A DNA stretch of 52,173 nucleotides. It comes from Neovahlkampfia damariscottae. Its lineage: Eukaryota. Position 1 is the stretch's first letter; every line of letters begins with the position of its first letter. Shown here one piece after another: positions 35,874 to 48,068 of this stretch. The stretch spans positions 1-52,173 of the forward strand of contig JABLTG010000144.1 of NCBI GenBank assembly GCA_016618085.1. The letters are read 5' to 3'. The notes beneath the pieces were generated by a model that saw only the letters and a list, made by a program, of their open reading frames with translations, was not told the DNA's origin and made no database searches. A program made the position numbers and the translations under genes.

Positions 35874-36551
35874 ATGGATTATAAAGAAGAACAAGAACAA
35901 GAAATTGAAGCACTTGAATCCATTTATATGGATGACTTTAATTTAATTGAGAAAGATAAAAAATATGAAATAAATTTGAAGAACGAAAATTTTGAAGAAG
36001 AAGGAAAAAAAGTTGAAATTAAATTCATAGTTGAATATACAGATAAATATCCTGAAGAGAAATGTTATTTTAATATTTCATCATCTGATCTGACAAGAAC
36101 AGAAAATGAAAATTTGGTATTCAGTTTAGAAAAAGAAATTGAAGAAAATATTGGAAATGTTTATATTTTCAATTTAACAAGTTTCATACAAGAATATTTA
36201 AATGAATATAATTCTAAAAAAGAGGAAGAGAATGAATTTAAAAAAATACAAAAAGAAAAAGAAGACGAAAAAGAAAGATTATCAAAATTGAATAGATTTA
36301 TAAAAGATAATGAATTTGATAAAGTTGAAGAAGGAAATCCAGTTACATTAGAAAACTTTGCAGAATGGAAATTAAAATTTGATAAAGAAAAAGAAACAAA
36401 AAAAATAAAAAAAATTGAAATTTCTGGAAATAAATTAACAGGAAAACAATATTTTGAAAAGAAATTAGAATTTATTGATTCAGAAATAAATGAATTAAAA
36501 AAGAATAATCTAGATGAAGAAATATTTGATGATGATTTATTTTTAGAATAA
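35874..36551 (+). CDS. RWDD1: RWD domain protein (RWDD1/Gir2)
   Basis: Contains MDYKEEQEQEIEALESIY, YPEE, GNPVTLENFAEWKLKF and KLTGKQYFE. Confidence 0.9.
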   Translation: MDYKEEQEQEIEALESIYMDDFNLIEKDKKYEINLKNENFEEEGKKVEIKFIVEYTDKYPEEKCYFNISSSDLTRTENENLVFSLEKEIEENIGNVYIFNLTSFIQEYLNEYNSKKEEENEFKKIQKEKEDEKERLSKLNRFIKDNEFDKVEEGNPVTLENFAEWKLKFDKEKETKKIKKIEISGNKLTGKQYFEKKLEFIDSEINELKKNNLDEEIFDDDLFLE

Positions 36552-36552
36552 T

Positions 36553-39395
36553 TCATAATTTACTTTTTAAATTAAAAAATAAATTTAAAATTTCCTTTTC
36601 TTTTTTTAAATCAAATTCATTATATTCATCAAATATATTTAAATTTTCAATTCCATTTATAAATCTAATATTCTCAAATGATAGTACTTTCATTTTTTCA
36701 TTTCTTTTTATTATTTTATTTAATTTTAAAAATTGATATTTTGATATTTTAAAGTTTGATGAAATAATACCAATTAAATTAGATTCAAATATTGTAAAGT
36801 AACATCTTTTAAAATTACCATACTTTTCATAAATGGTTTCTAATTTTATTAAATTAATAATTGAATGATTTAATTCTTTAAATTTATAAAATTCATTAAT
36901 CTTAAATTCTTTTCTTTTTTCAATAATTTTAATCTTTGATTCTTTTTTTAAATATTTAAAATTTAATTTTTCTAAATTTAAACTTTCTTTTGTTAAATCA
37001 ATTCTTAATTTTAAGAATTTTATAATTTCAATTTTATTTAATTCATTCCAATTTAAAGATATATTTTCTAATTCTTTTAATAAAGATTTAAATAATACAT
37101 CTTCTTTTTGTTCTCTTTTATCTTGTAAAATATAATTTAGAATTAATTCATAAAATGTTAATTCATTTCTCAACATATTTATTCTTTCATGTGATACTTC
37201 TTTTTTTTCAATAAATTCTTTTTTATAAATGAATTCACATACATTTTTAATGATATACTTTCTATTCTCTTCTATTAATAATGTTTCATAAAATGGATTT
37301 ATTAATTTAACATTAATATCTTCTCCTTCTTCTTTTATTGAACATTCAAATCCAATTTGTATAATTTTTAATTCATTCTTTTTTAAAAATAATTTTAAAA
37401 AGTTTGAGAATAAATAATTCTTAATTATTGAATTATCATTATATTTTAAATTACTAAAATGACTTGGTAATATAATTAAATCAGGTTTTTCTCTTTCTAT
37501 TTCCATTTTTAACTTTTCATTAAAACTCTTAAAATTATAAGTAAAGAATTTAATATTATTCTTTAAAAATAAAATTAAAAAGTAAATAAAATAAGGATGT
37601 TCAATATTTAATAAAATGAATACTAAATGTTAAATAATTATATTTTTACTTTTCTTTGATGGTAATATTAATAATTCTAATTTTTTAATAATTGTTTTAA
37701 ACTTTAAATTAATAAATTCTTCTTTTTCAAATTGAATTATTTTATTTTCATTTTTATTCATTTTATTAGTTTGATTGGTAAATTCCATTCTCCTTTTCAT
37801 TTCACTTTTAAATAATTTAAAAGGAGAAGAAGATAAATTTAAATCCCAATTTTTAATTTCATTTGAATCTTCTAATCCATAATAATAAATAGTATTGTTT
37901 AATGGATTTAAATCATTCTTTTTAAAATTAAATTTACATGTAACAATTAAATCATTCGTTAAATTATTTGGTAAATATTTCATTTCATTTGAATTAAATA
38001 AAATACAAGGTATATTTAATTCAATGGATAAACAAATAAATAATAAATAATGATATGTAAAATTATTCTTCCCATGTAATATCCAAATGGAATGGATTCC
38101 ATTTTTTATTTCACTCAATATTACTTTTAATTTATTAATTTCATTTAAAAATTCATCAATAGTAATGGTATTTAACTTTTCATTTTCAAAATAATTAATA
38201 CTAAAATTATTCATTCCTTTTAAGAAATGACTTCTTTTTAAGTATTCTTTTAAATTTTCTTTGGATTGGTCATCTATCTTTGTGTCATTCAATCTATAAT
38301 TCATCTTCAAATCAGAATTTAAACCAGAATCTAAACCTGACTCTAAACTCAATTTCAAATCTAATTCTGTATTTTCATTCTTATTTTCATCAAAATAATC
38401 CAATTCTTTAAAAGATTGAAAATATAAATTATTTAATTCCTCTTTAGTCATTGAAGGTATAAATGATAACTTTGAATAATATAATGCTAATTCAGGTAAA
38501 TTTGAATCATCCAATATTTGATTATTATAAAATTGATTATATATTTTATTTCTTAATGGTATAAAATCATTTAAAGATGATTCATTTATATTAAATATTT
38601 CTTTTCTTTTTTCAATTGGAATATATAATTCTTTATAATTTTGTATAAATTTATTTGATTCTTTTGACCAAAATGATTTATATTTATTAAAGAAATTAAT
38701 AAAATATCTTGAATCATTTAAATATTTTTTAAAGTTTTCTAAAATGATTGATATTTCAATATTAGTTGGTATTTGTTTAATATCTTTTATTTCTTTAATT
38801 TTTTTAAAATAATTCTTAAATTTATTCATATAAGATAATGATTGTTGTATTAATGGATCAGATGATAAATATTCATTTTTATCTTCTCTATCTTTTTCAA
38901 TATCTTCTTTACTTGGAAAGTCTTCATTCTTTATTATATTTATTGATTCTTTAAATTGAAAATTAAATTTATCTTTTTCTTTTTCTTTGTTAAATAAATT
39001 TATAAATTCATTTTGTTCTTTTAATTTTAAATCAAATTCATTTTTAGATTTATTATATTTTTGTTTTCCTTTTTCTTCTTTTTTTAATTCTTCTTCTTGT
39101 TCTTCAAATAAATTAATCTCTTCTTCTAAATCTTCTTGTTTAGATATTCTTTCATTTTCTTTTTCTTTTCTTTCAAATTCTTTGATTTCATTAATTATCT
39201 AATAAAATTAATTAAAATATTTTTTACTTTCAAAAAATCATTTCCTAAAACTTTTTCAAATTCATCTAATACTTCTTTGGTCTCTACTTTTTTACTATTT
39301 TTTGTGTTAAATTTTATTTGTTTTTCAAACTTTTTAATGAATAAATCTTTGGATATCTCTTTTGCTAGTTGTATTGGTAATGTTTCATTTTCCAT
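36553..39395 (-). CDS. Large hypothetical protein (N-terminal coiled coil)
   Basis: ORFs 39195-39413, 37630-38829 and 36553-37506 join in frame through two short GT-AG introns (~39199-39227, ~37623-37649). No family recognised. Confidence 0.6.
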
Positions 39396-39450
39396 TTCAT
39401 TTCCTTTGTTCAAAGTTTGAAGAGTCGGTTTTTGATTGGTCTTTTTTTTC

Positions 39451-39687
39451 TCACAAATAATTTGAAAATAAAGAACATTTAATAATGACCAACACTAAAT
39501 AAATCAAATACACTGTCAAAAACATCTGTAGAAAATGAATTTCTTGTGAGTTTTTCAAGGAGACTCTTTGGTTCTTTGATGAATTTTGAATATAGGTGTA
39601 CGCATCACAACAAACACAAAAGCAATCAACAGATTGAAAGAAAGTGAAGAGTAAAGCAAATACAAGCAAAATCACAGATCTTGACAT
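39451..39687 (-). CDS. Small signal-peptide protein with Cys cluster
   Basis: Begins MSRSVILLVFALLFTFFQSVDCFCVCCD, with a CCAAT box 5 nt upstream. The 3' structure is uncertain. Confidence 0.45.
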   Translation of the reverse strand: MSRSVILLVFALLFTFFQSVDCFCVCCDAYTYIQNSSKNQRVSLKNSQEIHFLQMFLTVYLIYLVLVIIKCSLFSNYL

Positions 39688-39749
39688 TTTTGATTGGATA
39701 AAAATAAAGTATTTTGATTGGATGAATATTTCAGCTTTGAATTATAATT

Positions 39750-41250
39750 ATGCCACTCTTTTGGATGACCAATGAAGAAATTGAACAATTTACTATTGAT
39801 AAAATTAAAGATATTGATAAATGGAGGGATAAAGAAGTTTTCATGATTGGCATGACCAACGAAATATTTTTAGAGTAAGACTTTTGATTAGTATTAAATA
39901 TAAAGTTATGAAGATTATGTTAATAGAGTAATATTATATAAACAACAAGTATGGATATGTAAATATACAGTAAAAATAGTTTTAAAAAAATAAACAAAAA
40001 AAAAAAAAAAGGGTAGAAAAAATTTAAGTTATATGGCAGCAATTAATTCTGAACAAAAACATGTTGAAAGAATCTATTTTTCAAGAATACCAAAATATAT
40101 TATCTATCCAATGATTAAAATATTACATGATAGTAAACCACCATTATTTTATTCTAATTATTAAAAAGATAAAAATGATGTAAATGATATTATTAATTTT
40201 ATTTATGAATATTTTGATAATAATTATATATTTGGTGAAGAATTATATTGTGAAATTGAAAAGAATATAATGTATCCAATTCAAATATTAAGAATTATTG
40301 AAAAAGAAAAAACAAGTATATCATTTTTAACCAATCAACAAGATATAATTTATGAAGTACAATTATTAAAAAAGAAAAAAGAAAAATATTTAGTTGGAGA
40401 GAGTTCATTATTTAGAAAAGATATACCAATATCAAAAAAAAGAATAATTGAATTTATAAAAGATAATTGTATTAAAAATGAAGAAAATGAAATGATTAAA
40501 GTAGATGCAATATTATTAGAATATTTTGGATTAAAACAACAAGAAGAACAAATAAAACAACCAATATCAAAAATAGATGAAAGAGAAAATATTGATCAAA
40601 TTTTAATTATTTTTAATTTTATTCAATATATTTTAAAAAAGAAATTAAATTTAAATAATTTTTATGATTCAATAAAATATCAAAATGATGATTATAAACA
40701 TTTAATTAAAAATATTTTTAAAAAAGATTTTAAAAAATTAAATTCATTTAAAGAAAGAATTAATTATTTATTAAATTTAATTGAAGAATTAATGATTCAA
40801 TTAAAAGATTCATTTTTAGAATATCCAAGATCAGAACCATTAGGTTATGATAGATTCTTTAATAGATATTGGTTCTTTAATTCAAATGTTTTATTTTTAG
40901 AAATTAAAGGTATTTGGCATTATTATGATTCAATTAATCAAATTGATAATCTTTTAAAATGGTTATCTGATAAAAATATTAGAGAAAGAAATTTAAAAAT
41001 TAATTTAAAAAGAATATATCATGAAATTATGGAAAATTTAAATAATGTAGAAGATAATGTGGGAGTGGAAGATAATGTGAAAGTAGAAGATAATATGGGA
41101 ATGGACACAGGTTTAGAATTGGGTTTGGGTTTAGGTTTAGGTTTGGTGGATGATGATATCAATCAAATGAGTAAACAAGTGGATAATGTTGAGGGTAAAA
41201 TAAGTCAAGATGATCATATGAAAGAGGTGAATGTTGATGAATTTGAATAA
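39750..41250 (+). CDS. WAC + WSD domain ISWI-associated protein (Acf1/Itc1/BAZ1-like, compact)
   Basis: WAC: EVFMIGMTNEIFLDYEDYVNRVILYKQQVWICKYTGRKNLSYMAAINSE. WSD: PLGYDRFFNRYWFF...WHYYDSINQIDNLLKWLSDKNIRERNL. Confidence 0.85.
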
Positions 41251-41299
41251 AAATGACAAATAAACACTACTTTATTTTTATCCAATCAAATCATTTCTG

Positions 41300-42837
41300 A
41301 TGAGAAAAGAAAATGAATGGAAAAATGAATTTTTGAAGAAATTAAAAAGAAGAGATCAAAAAATAAAAATGAATTCAATTATTATGAATGATTATTACAA
41401 TTTATTAAAAAATAATCCAAATTCAAAAAAATCAAAAGATATTAAAATGGAGTTGGAAACATCAAAAAAAGATAAAGAGAAAATGGTAGAAAATATGGTT
41501 AATTTAACAAATTATCTTGAAAATGTTGAATCTAATAAAAAAAAAGAAAGTTTAATTTTTGAAGAAAAAAAGAAAGAAAAAGAGATATTATTAAAAGAAC
41601 TTGAATCATTAGAATTGAATAGAAATGTATTAACAGATGTACTTTTAGTTGAAATTAGAATTAGAGATGAAGAAATTGAAGAACAAGATGAAATTAAAGA
41701 TAAGTTTTTGGAAGAAGAGAAATTATTAAAAGAAAAGAATGATATATTGACAAATAAATTAAATGAATTAGAAGAAACATTAAATATAATATCAAATACA
41801 TTAATTAAAAATTCTAAAGAAAGAGTTTATAAATTAAAAAATAGTATAGTTTATAATGAAGAAGAAGAAGAAGAAGAAGAAGATAATTTATTTGAAGATG
41901 AAATACCAAAAAGAAAGTTTAAACAAATTAAAAAACAACATAATGGAATAATAAATAGAATTAAATTTAATAATGAATCAAGTTTATTTGGTACATGTTC
42001 AGATGATGGTTATTTAAAAGTATTCGATTCAGGTACAACAGAATTACATTCAGAATATTATTTAGAAAATACAAAAGGAATTACAAACTTTTCATTTTCA
42101 AAAGATTTATTATTAGGTACAACAAAAGAAGGTAATATTTTATTATTAATTGGTTAAAAAAAGGATTTATAAATATTTGGAATTTATCAAATTCAAAACA
42201 ATTATTTAATATATCAGCACATTCTAATGAAATATTTTCATCTGAATTTATACAAAATGATGTTAAATTTATAACTTGTGGAAATGATAAAAAAATTAAA
42301 TTTTGGAATGAATCTAAATGTTATCAAACATTTCAATCAACTCATTCTGCATTAGATATTTCAATTTCAAATTTAAATTCAAATTTATTATCTTCATCTC
42401 ATAAAGAAAAATTAAATATTTGGGATATAAGAGATTATAAATTACAAAATGTAATACCAACAAAACAATTCATTACTTCTATTAATATTTCTAAAAATGA
42501 TAATTATATTTTAATTAATCATCAATCATCTTTGGAATTATTGGATATTAGAAATTTTAAAATCATTTCTCAATTCTCAAATGATGATTATTTAAATGGT
42601 TTTTTAAGAAATAGAGCTTGTTTTTCACCTGATTCAAATTATATTGCTGCTGGAAATACAAATGGTAATATTTTAATTTGGAAAGTAATTCAACAATCTC
42701 AACAACAAAATAAGAATCCACCAAATTGTATTTTAAATTCAAATAATAAAACTATAACATGTGTTGATTGGAGTAAAGATGGAAAACAAATCATTTCAAG
42801 TTGTATTGATCAATCATTTTCAATTTTTAGAATTTAA
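41300..42837 (+). CDS. ATG16: ATG16L-like protein (ATG5-binding helix, coiled coil, WD40)
   Basis: N-terminal WKNEFLKKLKRRD...YYNLL, a long coiled coil, and WD40 repeats ending NRACFSPDSNYIAAGNTNGNILIW. One intron at 42132-42163. Confidence 0.7.
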
Positions 42838-42936
42838 TCATTCCCGCTCAATTTGGAAATAAATCATTTGATTGGTTAATTTTTTTTTGTTCATCCTTTT
42901 TGTTTTGTATTTTTCAAAAGAAGAGAAAAACGAAAA

Positions 42937-43449
42937 ATGAAAAAACCAATTGTAAAACAAGATGAAGAAGAAAATATTTCAGAAGTTATTGATAACTTTG
43001 AAATTGAATTAAAAGGAGCTCAAAAATTATTAAATAATTTAAAACAAGTTGATTCTTCAAAGTTATCTCCAATTCAACAAGCAAAAATGAATTTATGTTA
43101 TGCATATTCAGTATCAGCATTATATTATTGTATTTCTTTTTATTTAGTTATTAACCTTTCTTTTTTTAGTATGCTTAAAAACGAATGGAGTGAATACACT
43201 AGAACATCCTATTAAAGATGAAATGGTTTGTGATTTTTAACTTTAATATTTTTAAAATAGAAAAGAGTACAAAAATATATGGAAAAATTGAAGACAAAAG
43301 AGTCAGGTAAAAATTATTTTATGTTTTAAATGATAATGTTAGAAATGAAAAGAAATGATAATAAAGAAAATAAAACACCAGAAGAAGAGAAAAAGAGGAA
43401 AAGAAAAGAAAAAGAAGTTAGTTTAAAAAAAAAGAAAATGATAAAATAA
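42937..43449 (+). CDS. C1D: C1D/Rrp47 exosome cofactor
   Basis: Spliced translation LSPIQQAKMNLCYAYSVSALYYLCLKTNGVNTLEHPIKDEMKRVQKYMEKL, followed by a basic tail. Confidence 0.85.
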
Positions 43450-43700
43450 ATTCTATCCTTTACCAAAACCACTTTTTTATTTTTTAAAATTTTTAATTTT
43501 ACAAACACAAATAAGAATTAAATTCATAAGATAAATCGAGTTTTAGTTGCATCTTTCCTGTGTTACTTTTTAAGAATTGCTTTAAGTTTTAAGCTTGAAG
43601 TGTCGAATGCATCTTATAAAAACCTTTTCGAATTTTTAAAATTTTGATTGTTAAATCAAAGAATTGAAATTATGAAAAGTAAATATTTAATTAAAAAAAT

Positions 43701-45128
43701 TTAATAAATTGGAACAGGATTGGTTAAATTGGTTGATAAACCACCAAAAACTTCATATCCATCATTAGTAACAACAATAATATCTTCTAATCTAATACCA
43801 AATTGATGATCAACATAAATTCCAGGTTCAACAGATAATGTCATACCTACTTCTAAAATAATATCTGAATTTCCAACAAAATAAGGATCTTCATGACCTT
43901 GTATTCCAATACCATGACCTAAACGATGTTGATAATATTTATATCCTGATCCCCATTCAGAATCATCAATAACTTTTCTTGAAACTTTATCAATTTCACT
44001 ACATTTTACTCCTGATTTTATTGATTTTAATGCTTCTTCTTGTGATTTTTGAACTAAATTCCATGCTTTTATTATTTTTTCATTATTTGATTTAAAAGAA
44101 TATGTTCTTGAAATATCAGATTGATAATTAAATAATGAACCACCAATATCTAATAAAATGAAATCACCTTGTTTTAAAACTAAATCATTTTTAGTTCCAT
44201 GTGGAAATGCAGCATTTTCACCAAATAAAACTAAATACCAAACATTTGATAATCCAACTGCTTCTAATGCTTTTTTAACATGAATTGAAAATTCTGATTG
44301 TTTTATTCCTTCTTTTAAATAAGAAGAATGAAATAATTGATAATGAACTGCTTTTGTTAAAATATTTGCACATCTTAAAATATTTAATTCATTTTTTGAT
44401 TTTATCATTCTCAATTTATTTATCATAATATTTCCTTCATTTGATAAATTTACATTTTGTAATTGTTTAATATTTTCATAAATAAATAATCTAGTCTCTT
44501 TTGAAATAGATATAGTAATATTATTTAATTTATCATTATTCATTAATATTTCTAAATATTCTTTTAATTTTTGATATGGAGATTCATCTTCATTATAAGT
44601 ATAAATTGAAAACATATTATTTGTTGTTTCATTGGCTTTTCTTTGTTCAAATTTTGGTGAAATAAAGAATTCTTTTTCATTTTTAGTCATTATAAATAAA
44701 AATGGTCTTTCACTTAATTTCCATCTTATTCCTGTAAAATAAATCATTTCAGGACCAGGTTCCATAATCATAACATCCACCATTCCATTTCTTAATTTTT
44801 CTATTAATTTTCTTCTTCTTTCTTTATATTCTTCATTTTGTATTTCTTTTACACCTCTACATACTTTTGTCTTTCTTCTAAAAACAAATAATTTTTGTTC
44901 ATAATCTTCAGGTACAGGTATTTTAATTAATTGCCAAAAAAATAAACTAATAAATATTATTAATACTATTGTAACTAAAAATGAATATGAAAATAAAATA
45001 GTTTGAATAATATTGTATATCTTTGATGGTTCTTTATATTTTTTATTTTTCATTAAACTTTCAGATTCATATAGACTTTCTTCTTCTTCACTTTCATCAT
45101 ATCTTTCATCATTTTTCTTTTTTCTCAT
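43701..45128 (-). CDS. M24B Xaa-Pro peptidase with N-terminal type II membrane anchor
   Basis: Contains LRMIKS, AFPHG, LLDIG, YQSDISRT, HRLGHGIG..GHE, SVEPGIY and GIRLED; all metal ligands present. TM helix at ~aa 41-66. Confidence 0.92.
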   Translation of the reverse strand: MRKKKNDERYDESEEEESLYESESLMKNKKYKEPSKIYNIIQTILFSYSFLVTIVLIIFISLFFWQLIKIPVPEDYEQKLFVFRRKTKVCRGVKEIQNEEYKERRRKLIEKLRNGMVDVMIMEPGPEMIYFTGIRWKLSERPFLFIMTKNEKEFFISPKFEQRKANETTNNMFSIYTYNEDESPYQKLKEYLEILMNNDKLNNITISISKETRLFIYENIKQLQNVNLSNEGNIMINKLRMIKSKNELNILRCANILTKAVHYQLFHSSYLKEGIKQSEFSIHVKKALEAVGLSNVWYLVLFGENAAFPHGTKNDLVLKQGDFILLDIGGSLFNYQSDISRTYSFKSNNEKIIKAWNLVQKSQEEALKSIKSGVKCSEIDKVSRKVIDDSEWGSGYKYYQHRLGHGIGIQGHEDPYFVGNSDIILEVGMTLSVEPGIYVDHQFGIRLEDIIVVTNDGYEVFGGLSTNLTNPVPIY

Positions 45129-45209
45129 TTTTTTTTGATTATTCTTTTACAATTAGATGGTTATGTTGAATGATGATTGGTTGAATATTTTTAAACCTTC
45201 AAAAATAAA
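45129..45209. promoter_or_regulatory. 81-bp bidirectional promoter with one CCAAT box (ATTGG 45176-45180)
   Basis: Divergent ATGs of the M24 peptidase and TMA16 flank TGATTGGTT. Confidence 0.65.
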
Positions 45210-45623
45210 ATGGTTAAAAAAGATGCTCATCCAAGATCTAGAAAAGCTGAACAATTAAACAGAAAAACTAATCATGATAAAAGAAAGAATGATAATAAAA
45301 TAAATAAACAAAAAAAAACGAAACCAAAATTAGAAAGGTTCAAATTTTTCCTTGATAAAATAAAAGAAGAAAACAAAACATCATTTACAAAAGAAGAAAT
45401 TAAAGAATTTATTGATGAATATTTGGAAGATAAGAAATTAGAAATGAAAAATAAAAAGAAATCAACGATACAAGAAGAATTAATATTTGATATGGAATCA
45501 AAAGAAATAAATTCAAATCAACTTGAATTACCTGATTTAACAGATGAACAAAATGTTAAATTGTTTTTGATGTGGGATAAAAGTTCGAATGTTTTTGAAC
45601 AATTAAAAATAAAGAAATTTTAA
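45210..45623 (+). CDS. TMA16: Translation machinery-associated protein 16
   Basis: Contains HPRSRKAEQL, KLERFKFF and LELPDL...W. Confidence 0.85.
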   Translation: MVKKDAHPRSRKAEQLNRKTNHDKRKNDNKINKQKKTKPKLERFKFFLDKIKEENKTSFTKEEIKEFIDEYLEDKKLEMKNKKKSTIQEELIFDMESKEINSNQLELPDLTDEQNVKLFLMWDKSSNVFEQLKIKKF

Positions 45624-45660
45624 TTGGTCAACTTTTTTATCTAATTTAACAACAACATAC

Positions 45661-46896
45661 ATGAATAATATTGGATTAAATTTTGAAACATTATTTATAT
45701 TTGGTGGATTTACCTCTGCACTTGCAATTATTAAAGAATTACTTTGGAATTATAAAAATGAAGTAATAAAAGAAAAGAAAGAAATAATTAATGAACCTGA
45801 TATTGAATTATTTGATAAAAATAAAAAGATAAAAAATATAAAAGATTTAGAAGAATATTTAAATGAAGAAATAATGAATCAAAAGATTGCAATCAAATTA
45901 TTATATTTTTCTTTATTAAGAAATAATACAGTAAGAATATATCAATTTGTTTTTACACTTTTCAAGATTTGGAATGATAAAGAATTACCTTTAAGTTATT
46001 TTTTTATAGGTAGTAAAAATAGTGGAAAGATTTATTTATCAAAGAAATTAAGTGAAAGTTTAAATAGACCATTTTTATATTTTGATTTAAATTATTACAA
46101 AGAAGAAGATAAATTTAATGAATTAATATATTTTAAATTAAGTAAATTAATATTAAAATATCCAAATTCAATTATTATCTTTAATAATTTTGAAAAGGGA
46201 AATAAGATTAAATTTAATTTCTTTGATAAAATATTAAATTTAGGTGAAATTGAATCATTGGATGATGAAAATAAAATAGAAACTATAAATTGTAAAAATA
46301 TTATATTTATATTTTCATCAATTATTACAAATGAATTAGTTAGTAATTTATTATCAAACTCAAATAATAATTTAATTAATAATTCAACCAATCATGAAAA
46401 TAATATTTTAGATGAATTAAATGAATTTAGATTTTATATTACACCATTATTAAATAATCATCTTAAATTAAAAGATGTTTCATTTTTAAATAGAATTAAT
46501 TTAATTGTACCATTCTTTCAATTTTCAAATAATGAATTATTTAAGAGTTTTAATAATTTATTAAAACAAGTTGAAAAGAAAGGAAAAGAAGAATTAAATT
46601 TAACAATAACTTGGTCTGAATCAGTTATATTCTTTTTAATTAAAAAGTATCGACCAACTATTATTAAATTAAATTTGATTATTGAAAATCATATTTTGAA
46701 TTTATTAGCATTGAATTATGATAATATTAAAAAAGATGATCATATTCATTTAGATGTAGATTTAAAGAATAATAAAATTATATTGAAATATCCAAAAAGA
46801 AATAACTTTTATTTTGATTCAACAATAGATAATGAAGATGATATTTCATATCAAAATAATCAATTAAAGAATAATAAAATGAAATCTAAATTATAA
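45661..46896 (+). CDS. ClpB/Skd3 D2-type AAA+ domain protein, degenerate Walker motifs
   Basis: Contains IMNQKIAI, PLSYFFIGSKNSGKIYLSKKL, PNSIIIFNNFEK, INCKNIIFIFSS and FLNRINLIVPFFQFS. Confidence 0.75.
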   Translation: MNNIGLNFETLFIFGGFTSALAIIKELLWNYKNEVIKEKKEIINEPDIELFDKNKKIKNIKDLEEYLNEEIMNQKIAIKLLYFSLLRNNTVRIYQFVFTLFKIWNDKELPLSYFFIGSKNSGKIYLSKKLSESLNRPFLYFDLNYYKEEDKFNELIYFKLSKLILKYPNSIIIFNNFEKGNKIKFNFFDKILNLGEIESLDDENKIETINCKNIIFIFSSIITNELVSNLLSNSNNNLINNSTNHENNILDELNEFRFYITPLLNNHLKLKDVSFLNRINLIVPFFQFSNNELFKSFNNLLKQVEKKGKEELNLTITWSESVIFFLIKKYRPTIIKLNLIIENHILNLLALNYDNIKKDDHIHLDVDLKNNKIILKYPKRNNFYFDSTIDNEDDISYQNNQLKNNKMKSKL

Positions 46897-46963
46897 AAAA
46901 GAGAGGGACATATGTAAGTTTAATTTGGTTATGTGTTTGGTTGTGTGTTTGGTTTTGTCATAA

Positions 46964-47966
46964 TTAATATGTTCGTAAAAAGTTTAAAAATATTTCATTT
47001 AGATTTTTAATATTTTTATATCCTGGAAAATGATTTAAATCAATTAAAAAATAATCATTTGTTTCTTTTTCAATTAAAATATCAAATCCAAATAAATTTA
47101 ATTTAAACTCTTTTTTTAATATTTTTGATATTTCTTTTATTTTCTCTTTATCAATATCTTCTTCTTTTTTATCAATTTCATTTTTTAAATGTTGACTATT
47201 AAATAATTTAGATTTATTATTTAATAATTCATTGATAGATGATCTCTCTTCAAAATAAATATCATTTCCAATATTATATATTTTATGAACAACTGAATGA
47301 GTTATTAATTGTTGAATTAAAATAGTTGAATTAGATTCATTAAGTTTAAATAATTCTAATAAATCTTCCTTTTTTTTTTTATGAGTTTAAAATCTATTTT
47401 TACTTTTTTATAAATTAAACTCATTTCATGTGAACTATTATTTCCACTACCAATAATATTCTTACATACTAATCAAATTAATTAATTAATATTACTTAAA
47501 GGATAATTCATATCTAATATTTCAATATCCATTTCATTTTTAATCATTCTAAATTTTGGTATTTTTATTAAACTACTTTCATTTTCAAATATTTTTAAAA
47601 ATAAAGAATACATTATTTCACGATTTAACAAATCATTTATACACTCAACATTATCAATAGTTCTTAATTTATTATCATTTAAATATTTCTATTACTTATG
47701 TTAAATCAGAAATAATAGTTATTACTTGAAATTTAGTTGATATATTTTTATCAGCAATCATTAAATCATTAATCTTATGAACAACTATATCAACATGTTT
47801 ATGGAATTTAAATTCTTTAAAATCAAAAAAGAAATAAGTTATCTTTTCTTTTCTTTAAATTTGAGAAGATATTCTCCACTTACTCTAGATATTCAAAGAA
47901 TGATTTGAAACTATTCATTTTTTTAGGTCCAAATGTAAAACCTATTGAAAATGTTTCTTCATTCAT
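46964..47966 (-). CDS. ITPK1: Inositol-tetrakisphosphate 1-kinase (ATP-grasp)
   Basis: Spliced translation contains VDIVVHKIND, YPLICK...SSHEM, IQQLITH..VHKIYNIG and LNLFGFDILI...LIDLNHFPGY. Missed by the ORF track because of introns. Confidence 0.88.
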
Positions 47967-48068
47967 CTTTTTTTTTTCAAATGAATTTAACTGGCCAATA
48001 AAATTTTTTGACATTAACCAATAAAACGAAATAACAATTTTTTTCCATTTGTACTAAACCATAGAACA

